Shown here piece by piece: positions 41,324 through 50,748 of a DNA stretch of 64,000 nucleotides. A model generated the notes under the pieces. That model was not told where the DNA came from. It ran no database searches and saw only the letters and a program-made list of their open reading frames with translations. Every line of letters starts with the position of its first letter. The stretch's first letter is position 1. The DNA is from Myxococcota bacterium (GTDB taxonomy: Bacteria; Myxococcota_A; UBA9160; JAFDDA01): contig OZ245817.1 of assembly GCA_965228475.1 (NCBI GenBank), positions 2,368,001 to 2,432,000 on the forward strand, written 5' to 3'. A program made the translations under genes and the position numbers.

Positions 41324-42015
41324 CCGTCGGCCCCGACGAGATCCACGAACCGCGCGGGCCCGAGGATCTCGCGTTCGAAGAGTCCCTCGGCGGTGCGCCG
41401 GATGCGCACCAGACGCTGCTCGCCGCGCTCGCCGAAGGGGCCGACGAGCCGACCTCCCGGTGCGAGCTGTTCGAGCAGTGCCACGGGGACGCGCGGGCCC
41501 CCGGCCGTGACGACGATGGCGTCGAAGGGGGCATCGGCCGGGCGTCCGTGGGTGCCGTCGCCTTCGTGGACGACGACGTTCTCGATGGCGAGGGTCTCGA
41601 GCGCCGCTCGGGCTCGCTCGGCCAGCGCCGCGAAGCGTTCGATGGAGATGACCCGGCCGCACAGGTTCGCGAGCACCGCGGCCTGGTAGGCCGAGCCCGT
41701 TCCGACCTCGAGCACGGTCTCGCCGCCGCGCAGGCGCAGGGCCGCGGTCATGGCCGCCACGGTCCGGGGTGCCGAGATGGTCTGGCCTTCGCCGATCGGG
41801 AGCGCCTCGTCCTCGCGGTAGGCGCGGCCGCGCAGGGCCTCGGGGATGAGCAGATCGCGCGGGACGCGGGCCAGGGCGCGCAGGACCCGCCGGTCGCGCA
41901 GCCCATCGCTCGCCAGGCGCGCGACCATGCGGCGCCGCGCCAGGGCATAGCGCGCAAAACGCCGTTCGCGCCGCGCAGCGCCCTCGTTCCTCTCCACTTC
42001 CCAGTCCATGGACAT
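41311..42015 (-). CDS. pcm: protein-L-isoaspartate O-methyltransferase
   Basis: PIGEGQTISAP, VLEVGTGSAYQAA, APFDAIVVTAG, QLAPGGRLV. Confidence 0.94.
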   Translation of the reverse strand: MSMDWEVERNEGAARRERRFARYALARRRMVARLASDGLRDRRVLRALARVPRDLLIPEALRGRAYREDEALPIGEGQTISAPRTVAAMTAALRLRGGETVLEVGTGSAYQAAVLANLCGRVISIERFAALAERARAALETLAIENVVVHEGDGTHGRPADAPFDAIVVTAGGPRVPVALLEQLAPGGRLVGPFGERGEQRLVRIRRTAEGLFEREILGPARFVDLVGADGWAA

Positions 42016-42134
42016 GGGACGTCGTTCCCCCCGCGAGATTCGCAGCTTAGAGGGGAAGTCCGCGAAACGCCACGGGTTTTCGGCGTGAATCCGGGGCTCT
42101 TCGGCCCCAACCCGCGTTTTCCTGCAGCCGGGGT

Positions 42135-43325
42135 CTAGGCGGCGCGGGAGGCGGCGTCCGCGCGGGCGACGGCGTCGCGGACCTCCGCGCTGCGGAAGAG
42201 CTCGTGGACCGTCAGGGCCAGGGCCCGGGCCGCTTCGAGCAGGCCTGCCTCGCCGGCCGGCTTCGTCGTCGCCTCGGCCAGCGGCCGCGTGTGGAGCTGG
42301 AGCCGTTTGCCCGGAGCGGCGATCGAGAAGTTCGGGTGGATCGTCGGCACCACGCGCGAGACGTGGGTGATGTCGCTCGAGCCGATGTTCTGGTCGGGCG
42401 CGTGGCCGCTCTCCTCGAGGCCGAGCGCGTCGAGCTGCCGCCTGTAGGTGTCGGCCAGCGGCAGGTTCGGGCGCATCGCCGGGGACGAAGAGGCCAGCGT
42501 CTTGACCTCGAGGCGGGCGCCGGTGGCTTCGGCGGCGCCGCGCGCACAGGCGAGGACGCGCGCCGCGGCCTGGTCGAGCTCCGTCTCGTCGAGCGCGCGG
42601 ATCCAGATCTCGGCGGCCGCGTACTCGGGGATCACGTTCGCGGCGCGGCCGCCGTCGGTGATGATGCCGTGGACGCGGACGCCGCGCGGCAGCTGCTGGC
42701 GGAGCAGGCCGACGCCGCTCATCAGCTGGACGACGGCATCGAGCGCGTTGATGCCGCGCTCCGGGTACGCGGCCGCGTGCGAGGCGCGCCCATGGAAACC
42801 GAGCGCGAACTTCTTGTTGCCGAGGAACAGGCGGTGCGCGCGCCGCATGTCCGAAGCGTGGGCCATCATCGCGGCGCCGACGCCCTCGAAGACGCCCCCC
42901 TCGACGAGCCGCCGCTTGCCCACCCCCGTCTCCTCCGCCGGGCATCCGACCACGAGCAGCCGCCCGGCGCTCTCCGGGAGGACGCGCGCGAGTGCCGCGG
43001 CCGCCAGCAGGCTCGCCGGCCCCGAGACGTTGTGACCGCACGCGTGGCCGATCTCGGGGAGTGCATCCATCTCGGCCAGCAGCGCGGCGGTGAACCCGCC
43101 GTTGCCGCGGGAAGCCACGAAGGCCGTCGGCATGCCGGCCACGCCCGCCTCGACGGCGAACCCGCGCTGCCCGAGGCACCGGCGATAGCGCTTCGAGGTC
43201 TCGTGTTCTTCGAGGGAGAGTTCGGGATGCCGCGCCATCCAGCGCGAGAGCTCGAGGGCTTCGCCGGCTTCGTCGTCGATGGCGGAAAGGAGAGCTTCGC
43301 GGGAGGGGTCGCCAGTGGCCGTCAT
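42135..43325 (-). CDS. M20 family amidohydrolase (AbgB-like)
   Basis: HPELSLEE, EMDAL..GHACGHN, PAEE, GSSD, LHT. Confidence 0.9.
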   Translation of the reverse strand: MTATGDPSREALLSAIDDEAGEALELSRWMARHPELSLEEHETSKRYRRCLGQRGFAVEAGVAGMPTAFVASRGNGGFTAALLAEMDALPEIGHACGHNVSGPASLLAAAALARVLPESAGRLLVVGCPAEETGVGKRRLVEGGVFEGVGAAMMAHASDMRRAHRLFLGNKKFALGFHGRASHAAAYPERGINALDAVVQLMSGVGLLRQQLPRGVRVHGIITDGGRAANVIPEYAAAEIWIRALDETELDQAAARVLACARGAAEATGARLEVKTLASSSPAMRPNLPLADTYRRQLDALGLEESGHAPDQNIGSSDITHVSRVVPTIHPNFSIAAPGKRLQLHTRPLAEATTKPAGEAGLLEAARALALTVHELFRSAEVRDAVARADAASRAA

Positions 43326-43503
43326 GCCCCCCGCATCGGCCGGCGCGAGGCGGTCCTTGACGCAGCCCGCCCCGGCCCGCCCGGCGCCGTTGATTCGCGA
43401 GTCGACTTCGCCCGGGGCCCCACGTATACTCGCCGCCCGCCTTCAGGAGCACGAGCTCCTGCGGTTCAACCCCACGGGTTCCAACGCTTTTCAGGAGATT
43501 TCG

Positions 43504-44340
43504 ATGCCGATCGATCCGAGTGCCGTCGGTCAGACGGGTGGCCCCCAGACGCGCAAATGGGATTCCAAGGATGCCCTGCTCTACGCCCTCGGCGTGGGCG
43601 CCGGCACCGACGAGCTCGCCTTCACCACCGAGAACACGAAGGACACGCCGCAGCAGGTGCTGCCGACCTTCGCCGTGATCGTCGGCTCGGGCGGGATCCC
43701 CTTCGACAAGATCGGCAGCTTCAACCCGGCCATGCTCGTCCACGGCGAACAGCGCATCGAGCTCCTGGGCGCGCTCCCCGCCGACGGCGAGGTCGAGGTC
43801 ACGGGCCGCGTCGCGAACATCTGGGACAAGGGCAAGGGCGCCGTCATCGAGATGGAGTGCGAGGCGGTCGACAAGAGCGGCAACACCGTGATGAAGACCA
43901 TGATGAGCGTCTTCATCCGCGGCGAAGGCGGCTTCGACGGAGAGCGTGGCCCCTCGCCGACGTTCGCCGTGCCGGACCGCGCCCCGGACCACGAGGTCAC
44001 CTACCAGACCCGCGAGGACCAGGCGCTGATCTACCGCCTCTCGGGCGACCGCAACCCGCTCCACAGCGACCCGTCCTTCGCGGCCCTCGGCGGCTTCGAC
44101 CGGCCGATCCTGCACGGGCTCTGCACCTACGGCTTCACCGGCCGCGCCCTGCTCCACACGCTCTGCGGCGGCGATCCGGCGAAGTTCAAGTCCATGTACG
44201 GTCGCTTCTCGAAGCCCGTGCTGCCCGGCGAGGCGCTCACCGTCTCGATGTGGGTCGACGGGAACGAGGCGCTCTTCCAGACGAAGAACCCCGCCGGCGA
44301 CGTCGTCCTCGACCAGGGACGCTTCACCTTCGAGAGCTAG
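43504..44340 (+). CDS. double hot-dog (MaoC) R-specific enoyl-CoA hydratase
   Basis: LYALGVG, VHGEQ, YRLSGDRNPLHSDP, PILHGLCT. Confidence 0.92.
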   Translation: MPIDPSAVGQTGGPQTRKWDSKDALLYALGVGAGTDELAFTTENTKDTPQQVLPTFAVIVGSGGIPFDKIGSFNPAMLVHGEQRIELLGALPADGEVEVTGRVANIWDKGKGAVIEMECEAVDKSGNTVMKTMMSVFIRGEGGFDGERGPSPTFAVPDRAPDHEVTYQTREDQALIYRLSGDRNPLHSDPSFAALGGFDRPILHGLCTYGFTGRALLHTLCGGDPAKFKSMYGRFSKPVLPGEALTVSMWVDGNEALFQTKNPAGDVVLDQGRFTFES

Positions 44341-44358
44341 CCCGGCCGGCGCACCGTC

Positions 44359-44775
44359 ATGGCTCGCCCGCCGCGCCCGACCTGGGATCGCGACTCGGCC
44401 TTCTTCTGGGAGGGGCTCGCGGCGGCCGAGCTGCGCATCCAGCGCTGTACCGCCTGCTCGGCGCTCCGGCACCCGCCGATCCCCATGTGCCCGGGCTGTC
44501 ACTCGCTCGATTGGGATTGGCTCGTGGCGAGCGGGCGCGGCGAGATCTTCAGCTTCGTCGTCCACCACCACCCGCCGATCCCCGGGCTCGACCCGCCGTG
44601 CGTGATCGCGCTGGTGGAGCTCGAGGAAGGCACGCGGCTCGTGGCGAACGTCGGCGGCGTCGCCCCCGAGGACGTCCACGTCGGTATGCCGGTCGAGATC
44701 GAGTTCCGGCGCATCGAGGGCGAAGACGGCTGGACCGTGCCGCACTGGCGCCCGCGCGGCGGAGGCGCCTCGTGA
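44359..44775 (+). CDS. DUF35 Zn-ribbon/OB-fold protein
   Basis: FFWEG, IQRCTAC..PP.PMCPGC, ALVELEEG.R, GMPV. Confidence 0.92.
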   Translation: MARPPRPTWDRDSAFFWEGLAAAELRIQRCTACSALRHPPIPMCPGCHSLDWDWLVASGRGEIFSFVVHHHPPIPGLDPPCVIALVELEEGTRLVANVGGVAPEDVHVGMPVEIEFRRIEGEDGWTVPHWRPRGGGAS

Positions 44776-45932
44776 GCGTCTCCTTCGCGGGGGCCACGGC
44801 CATCGCCGGCATCGGCGCCACCGAGTTCTCGAAGGACTCCGGGCGCACGCCGCTGAAGCTCGCCCTCGAGTGCGTGAAGGATGCCCTCGACGACGCGGGC
44901 ATCGCCCCGGAGGAGGTCGACGGCCTCGCGACCTTCACCATGGAGGAGAACGAGGAGATCGCCGTCGCGCGCGGCCTCGGGATCCCGGAGCTCAAGTTCT
45001 TCGGCCGCGTGCACTACGGCGGCGGGGCCGCCTGCGGGACGGTGCAGCAGGCCGCGCTCGCGGTCTCCGCGGGGATCGCCGAGGTCGTGGTCTGCTACCG
45101 CGCCTTCAACGAGCGCTCCGGGAAGCGCTTCGGCAGCGCCATGCCCTCCATGGGCAACGTCGAGGCTCCGACGAACTGGAACGTTCCCTTCGGCCTCGCC
45201 ACGCCGGCGGCCTGGGTCGCCATGCTCGCGCGGCGCTACATGCACGAGTTCGGCGCCACGAGCGAGGACTTCGGGCGGGTCGCCGTCGCGGACCGCAAGC
45301 ATGCGGCAACGAACCCCAAGGCGTGGTTCCACGGCCGGCCGATCACGCTCGAAGAGCACCAGGCCTCGCGCTGGATCTGCGAACCCCTCCACCTGCTCGA
45401 CTGCTGCCAGGAGAGCGACGGCGGCGTCGCGCTGGTGGTGACGAGCCTCGAACGCGCGCGCAAGCTCGGAAAGCCGGCGGCGGTCATCCGCGGCGCGGCG
45501 CAGGGCTCCTTCCGCGAGCAGGAGATGATGACGAGCTACTACCGGGAAGAGCTCGGCCTCCCGGAGATGGGGCTCGTCGGCCGGCAGCTCTGGGAACAGT
45601 CCGGACTGCGCCCCGAGGACTGCCAGACGGCGGTCATCTACGACCACTTCACGCCCTTCGTGCTGCTCCAGCTCGAAGAGCTCGGATTCTGCGGGCGCGG
45701 CGAGGCGCGCGAGTTCATCGCCGACGGCCGGATCGAGCTCGGGGGCGCCCTGCCCTTGAATACCCACGGCGGCCAGCTCGGCGAGGCCTACATCCATGGC
45801 ATGAACGGCATCGCCGAAGCCGTGCGTCAGATTCGCGGAACGGCGGCGAACCCGGTGCCCGACGTCGAGAACGTCCTGGTCACGGCCGGGACCGGCGTCC
45901 CGACGAGCGGGCTCGTCCTCTCGCGCGACTGA
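44772..45932 (+). CDS. lipid-transfer protein / thiolase-like aldolase (Ltp2-like)
   Basis: IAGIGATEFSKDSGR, CYRAFNERSG, DCCQESDG, YDHFTP, NTHGGQLGEAYIHG. Confidence 0.92.
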   Translation: MSVSFAGATAIAGIGATEFSKDSGRTPLKLALECVKDALDDAGIAPEEVDGLATFTMEENEEIAVARGLGIPELKFFGRVHYGGGAACGTVQQAALAVSAGIAEVVVCYRAFNERSGKRFGSAMPSMGNVEAPTNWNVPFGLATPAAWVAMLARRYMHEFGATSEDFGRVAVADRKHAATNPKAWFHGRPITLEEHQASRWICEPLHLLDCCQESDGGVALVVTSLERARKLGKPAAVIRGAAQGSFREQEMMTSYYREELGLPEMGLVGRQLWEQSGLRPEDCQTAVIYDHFTPFVLLQLEELGFCGRGEAREFIADGRIELGGALPLNTHGGQLGEAYIHGMNGIAEAVRQIRGTAANPVPDVENVLVTAGTGVPTSGLVLSRD

Positions 45933-45946
45933 GCCGCTCCCGGCGC

Positions 45947-46570
45947 CTAGCGTCCGTACTGCTTGCGCAGCGCGTCGAGGTCCATCTGCGCGGGGCCCGG
46001 GATCTGGAAGCGGGAGTAGCCCGAGGGGATCTCGAAGTGGCCCGGATCGACCGCGCCCACCTTCAGGTTCGAGAGCTCCATGTGGACCTTCTCGGCCCCC
46101 TTCCCGGTGCGGATCCGGACTGGGATCTCCTGCTTCGTCATCCACATCGTGCCCTCGAAGGCCTGGCCATCGGGCGTCTCGCCGTGCACCCGGTACTTCG
46201 TGGCATCGACGCCGTTCACGGACTCCGTGCCGAGCTTCTCGCGCTCGAGCTTGCCGCCCGCGAACTCGTCCTGGGGCATGCCGTCCTTCCCGAGCGGGTT
46301 CTCGAGGTACATCTTCTGCTCGGGCATCAGTACCCAGGAGACGTTCTTGTCGCGGCGGACGATCATGATGTGCTGACGGCCGCCCATGTTGAATTCGCGC
46401 CGCTCCTTCATGCCGCTGGCGAAGACCTTGCCCCGCATCTGGCCCTGGCTGGCCTCCATCAGCGTGTCGGCCGTGTAGTCGGCCTGCGGCTTCAGCCAGT
46501 CGGCCGGCCCCGCCGCGGCGGACCCCGCCAGGAAGATCACGGACGCACCCACGAGAAACGATCGCAGCAT
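45947..46570 (-). CDS. exported DUF4412-like protein
   Basis: Signal peptide; IVRRDK..W.LMPEQKMY, LGTESVNG..ATKY, FEIPSGY. Confidence 0.8.
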   Translation of the reverse strand: MLRSFLVGASVIFLAGSAAAGPADWLKPQADYTADTLMEASQGQMRGKVFASGMKERREFNMGGRQHIMIVRRDKNVSWVLMPEQKMYLENPLGKDGMPQDEFAGGKLEREKLGTESVNGVDATKYRVHGETPDGQAFEGTMWMTKQEIPVRIRTGKGAEKVHMELSNLKVGAVDPGHFEIPSGYSRFQIPGPAQMDLDALRKQYGR

Positions 46571-46650
46571 CGACACCCCCCGTTCGCGGCGAAGCGCCGC
46601 GTCTCCTCTCGGACGAGGCGGGAGCCTACCGAATTCGACCGGGGCCGATC

Positions 46651-48036
46651 CTAGGGAAGCCGAAAGTGGAAGGATTTCGGCCGCGTGAGGTTCTCGAACC
46701 CGACGCGGGAGAGCGTCGCGCCGCGGCCCGAGTCCTTGACGCCGGTCCAGGCGAGGGCCGGGTCGAGGTAGTCGCAGCGGTTCAGGAAGAACGTGCCGGT
46801 CTCGACGCGCGTCCCGATCGCCCGCGCGGCGTCGACGTCCTGGGTCCAGACGGAGGCGGTGAGCCCGAACTCGCTGTCGTTCATGAGGGCGATCGCCTCC
46901 TCGTCGCCGGCGACCGGCATGATGCCGAGCACCGGGCCGAAGCTCTCCTCGTTCATGACCCGCATGCCGTGGTCCACCCCGACCCAGATCTGGGGCGCGA
47001 GGTACGGGCTCCCGGGCTCGTCCGCCGGGAAGTCGCCCGGGTCGACGAGCGGCCGGGCCCCGCGCGAGGCGGCCTCGGCGTTCTGGGCGCGGACCCAATC
47101 GGCGGCCTCGGCGCGGACGAGCGGGCCGAGGGTGGTCGCCGGATCGAGCGGGTCGCCCAGCCGGTAGCCGCGGACGATCGCCACGGCCGCCTCGACGAAC
47201 TCGTCGAAGCGCTCCCGGGCGACGTAGACCCGCTCGATGCCACAGCAGGACTGTCCGGCGTTGAAGAAGGCGCCGTCGATCACGTTCTCGGCGGCGAAGG
47301 CCACGTCGGCGTCGGCCCGGACGTAGGCCGGATCCTTCCCGCCGAGCTCGAGCCCGATTCCGATGAAGCGTTCCCGGGCCGCCTGCTGCACCCGTCGGCC
47401 GGCCCCCACGGAGCCCGTGAAGGCGATGTAGTCGATGCCCGGGCTCGCCACGAGCTTCTCCGTCACCGCGTGCCCCGCGTGGAGGACCTGGAAGACGCCG
47501 TCCGAGAGCCCCGCGGCAAGGAACGCCGCCGCGAACCGTTCGGCGCAGAGCGGGGTCTGGGCCGAGTGGCGGAGGATCACTGCGTTCCCGGCGAGGATCG
47601 CCGGAACGACCGAGTTCACGGCGGTGAGGAGCGGGTAGTTCCAGGGCGCGATCGTCAGCACCACGCCGAGCGGCTCTCGGCGGATGAACCGTTCGAAACC
47701 CGCGCGCGGTTCCGGAACGACGTCGGCGAGCGCCTCGCCGGCCTGGGCGATCATGGCGCGGGCGCGTTCCTCGAGCCCGCCGATCTCCCCCGGGCTGTGC
47801 GCGATCGGGCGGCCCATCTGCAGCGTGATCTCCTCGGCCGCTTCCGTCCGTCCGGCGACGAAGGCATCGACGAAGCGCGAACAGGCCTCGGCCCGATCCG
47901 CCAGCGGCACGCGCGCCCAGTCCGCCTGGGCCGCGCGGGCCCGCGCGACGGTCGCGGCCGCCTCGGCATCCTCGACGAGCGGCCGCTCACACACCACGCG
48001 GCCGTCGATGGGTGAGATGCAGCGCAGGCTCTCCAT
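46651..48036 (-). CDS. aldehyde dehydrogenase
   Basis: PWNYP, FTGS, LELGGKDP, FNAGQSCC, EESFGP. Confidence 0.95.
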   Translation of the reverse strand: MESLRCISPIDGRVVCERPLVEDAEAAATVARARAAQADWARVPLADRAEACSRFVDAFVAGRTEAAEEITLQMGRPIAHSPGEIGGLEERARAMIAQAGEALADVVPEPRAGFERFIRREPLGVVLTIAPWNYPLLTAVNSVVPAILAGNAVILRHSAQTPLCAERFAAAFLAAGLSDGVFQVLHAGHAVTEKLVASPGIDYIAFTGSVGAGRRVQQAARERFIGIGLELGGKDPAYVRADADVAFAAENVIDGAFFNAGQSCCGIERVYVARERFDEFVEAAVAIVRGYRLGDPLDPATTLGPLVRAEAADWVRAQNAEAASRGARPLVDPGDFPADEPGSPYLAPQIWVGVDHGMRVMNEESFGPVLGIMPVAGDEEAIALMNDSEFGLTASVWTQDVDAARAIGTRVETGTFFLNRCDYLDPALAWTGVKDSGRGATLSRVGFENLTRPKSFHFRLP

Positions 48037-49646
48037 CAGCGGTGGCCCTCGGCCGCGAGGGCCCACACGACGCCCTCGCACGGCTCGAGCTCGATCGAGC
48101 CCGATGCGCTCGGCGCCGCCGCACCCGGCTTCGTATGCACGCCCGCGGCGATGGCGCCTTCGGGAAGCTCGACCCGCGCCGGGGCATCGCCGAGGTTCAG
48201 CGCGACGACGGCACGCGACGAACCCTCGACCCGCTCGTAGGCGAGCACGTCTTCGGGCGCTTCGAGCCAGCCGAGGCTCCCGCGCTCGAGGGCCGGTGTC
48301 GCGCGGCGGAGCGCGAGCAGGTCGCGATAGAGACAGAGAAGCGAACTCGGGTCGTCCCGCTGGCGCTCGACGTTGCGTTCGGCCGCATCCTCGGCGAGCG
48401 GCAGCCAGGGTTCCCCGTCACTGAAGCCGGCGTTCTTTCCGGCGTCCCACTGCATGGGCGTGCGCTCCGGGTCTCGGGAGATCTTCGGGTGGATCGTCCA
48501 GGCCAGCGGGTCCTGGAGGCGGTCCTCCGGGACGGGCACGTTGCGCATGCCGAGCTCCTCGCCGTAGTAGAGGAACGGCGTGCCCCGGAGCGTCAGCAGG
48601 AGCGCGGCCGCGAGCCGCGCCCGGGCGTCCCCGAGCTCGGGGTGGTCGAAGCGCGTCGCGTGGCGTGCGATGTCGTGGTTCGAGAACACCCAGACGGGCC
48701 AGCCCTCTTCGGGCACGAGGGCGCTGAACTCTTCGACCTCCCGGCGAAGGGCCGCGGCCGACCACTCCTGCCGCAGGAAGGCGAAGTTGAAGGCGAGGTC
48801 GAGCTCGTCGCCCTGGCCGTAGTACGCGGCGGTCCGGGCCGAGGACGGCGCGGCCAGCGCGACCTCCCCCACCGTCATGCGCTCCGGGTACTCGTCCATC
48901 ACCTTCCGGATGCGCTTCAGGAAGCCGTGGACGTCCGGGTGGTCTTCGTCGTGCTCGTGGACCTGGCCGAGGAAGCCCGACCAGCCGTTCTCGTGGGCCG
49001 GGTTGTCGCGCAGCGCCGGATCCTTGGCGATGCGGTGGATCACGTCGATGCGGAACCCGTCGATGCCGCGGTCGAGCCAGAAGCGCAGCACGTCGTGCAT
49101 GGCGGCCTCGAGCTCCGGGTTGCGCCAGTTGACGTCGGGCTGCTCCTTCAGGAACGAGCGCAGGTAGTACTGCCCGGTCGCCTCGTCGAGCTCCCAGGCG
49201 GGGCCGCCGAAGACGGCCTGCCAGTTGTTCGGCGGCCCGCCGTCCGGCGCTGGATCGCGCCAGACGTACCAGTCGCGCTTCGCGGAATCCCGGCTCACGC
49301 GCGACTCCTTGAACCAGGCGTGCTGGTCCGAGGTGTGGTTCGGGACCCAATCGAGGATCACGCGGATCTCCCGGGCATGCGCCTCGGCGACGAGCCGGTC
49401 GAGGTCCGCGAGGCTCCCGAACATCGGGTCGACGTCGCAGTAGTCCGAGACGTCGTAGCCGAAGTCCTTCATGGGCGAGGGAAAGCACGGCGAGAGCCAG
49501 AACGCGTCCACCCCGAGCCAGGCCAGGTGGTCGAGCCGCTGGCGGATGCCCTCGAGATCCCCGATGCCGTCCCCGTTCGCGTCCATGAACGAGCGCGGAT
49601 AGATCTGGTAGACGACGCCGTGCTTCCACCAGAGGCGATCGGCCAT
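48036..49646 (-). CDS. alpha-glucosidase (GH13)
   Basis: YQIYPRSF.D.NGDGIGDL, VPNHTS, DGFRIDV, GEV, NHD, RTPMQW. Confidence 0.94.
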   Translation of the reverse strand: MADRLWWKHGVVYQIYPRSFMDANGDGIGDLEGIRQRLDHLAWLGVDAFWLSPCFPSPMKDFGYDVSDYCDVDPMFGSLADLDRLVAEAHAREIRVILDWVPNHTSDQHAWFKESRVSRDSAKRDWYVWRDPAPDGGPPNNWQAVFGGPAWELDEATGQYYLRSFLKEQPDVNWRNPELEAAMHDVLRFWLDRGIDGFRIDVIHRIAKDPALRDNPAHENGWSGFLGQVHEHDEDHPDVHGFLKRIRKVMDEYPERMTVGEVALAAPSSARTAAYYGQGDELDLAFNFAFLRQEWSAAALRREVEEFSALVPEEGWPVWVFSNHDIARHATRFDHPELGDARARLAAALLLTLRGTPFLYYGEELGMRNVPVPEDRLQDPLAWTIHPKISRDPERTPMQWDAGKNAGFSDGEPWLPLAEDAAERNVERQRDDPSSLLCLYRDLLALRRATPALERGSLGWLEAPEDVLAYERVEGSSRAVVALNLGDAPARVELPEGAIAAGVHTKPGAAAPSASGSIELEPCEGVVWALAAEGHR

Positions 49647-50722
49647 CACGGGCGCGCCTCGTAGTAGGCATTCATCGGATGCTCGATCTCGCAGCGCCGG
49701 AAGCGGGTGAAGCCCGCGGTCTCCGCCATCTCCCGGCACAGGCCCTCGTGGAGACCGAGCGTGCCGAGCCCGGCGCCGCCCGGCTCCGAGAGCGCGCTCG
49801 ACATGCACGAGACCACCGAGAAGCCGTACATCATGGCGGCCATCGGGTTCTTCTCGACGTTCTCCTCAAAGCTCGGCAGCGCCTTGATGTCGGCGATGAA
49901 CCAGGTGCCGTCGGGCTTCACCGCCGCCCGGATGGCCTTCATCACCTCCTGCGGGTGGGTCATGTCGTGGAGGCAATCGAAGGTGGTGACGAGATCGAAG
50001 CGCGGCTCGGGCGGGAGCGGGTCGCTTCGCACGTCGTGGAAGGTGAGATTCGCGAGGCCCGCCTCGCGCTGGTTCTCGGCGGCGAGCGCCAGGGCGTGCT
50101 CGGAGACCTCGTAGCCGTGGAACTCGGACTTCGGGAAGGCCTTCGCCATCTCGATCAGCGCGACGCCGCTCCCGCAGCCGACGTCGGCCACCGCCGCTCC
50201 CGCTTCGAGCTTCGGCACCACGCCCTCGAGCTGCGGCAAGGCGAAGGGAACGAGCAGCGTGCGGAACCACGGCGCAAAGCCGCGCTCGACGCCGCGGTTG
50301 CCCTCGGGGCCGAAGGCGTCGTACGGCAATCCGCGGCCGGTCCGGAAGGCCTCCGGGAGCCGCTCGAGCACCTTGATCTGATCGGGCAGTCCACAGAACG
50401 TGCCCGCGGCGAAGGCCGGGTGGTTCTCCTCGGCCAGCGCGATGGCGGCCTCCGGGTAGAGCTCGAAGCGTCCCTCGCCGTGCGCATCGAGGAGTCCCGC
50501 AGCCGCCTGGCCATAGAGCCACTCGCGGACCCAGCGCTCGTCGAGCTCGGTCTTCTCGGCGAGCTCGTGGGAGGTCATCGGCCCGGCGCCGTTCATCGCG
50601 CGATAGAGCCCGAGCCGATCGCCCAGGTAGATCATCCCCGAAACCATCGCCCCCTGGAGCTGGCCGTAGATCCCGCGGACGGTCGCTTGCAGCTTCTCGA
50701 GATCGATCGGAGCGTCGGACAT
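49646..50722 (-). CDS. class I SAM methyltransferase with N-terminal winged helix (Rv2258c-like)
   Basis: GDRLGLY, ERWVREWL, DVGCGSG, FDCLHD. Confidence 0.9.
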   Translation of the reverse strand: MSDAPIDLEKLQATVRGIYGQLQGAMVSGMIYLGDRLGLYRAMNGAGPMTSHELAEKTELDERWVREWLYGQAAAGLLDAHGEGRFELYPEAAIALAEENHPAFAAGTFCGLPDQIKVLERLPEAFRTGRGLPYDAFGPEGNRGVERGFAPWFRTLLVPFALPQLEGVVPKLEAGAAVADVGCGSGVALIEMAKAFPKSEFHGYEVSEHALALAAENQREAGLANLTFHDVRSDPLPPEPRFDLVTTFDCLHDMTHPQEVMKAIRAAVKPDGTWFIADIKALPSFEENVEKNPMAAMMYGFSVVSCMSSALSEPGGAGLGTLGLHEGLCREMAETAGFTRFRRCEIEHPMNAYYEARP

Positions 50723-50748
50723 GGGCCCTCCCGTTGGGGAGGGCGAGT

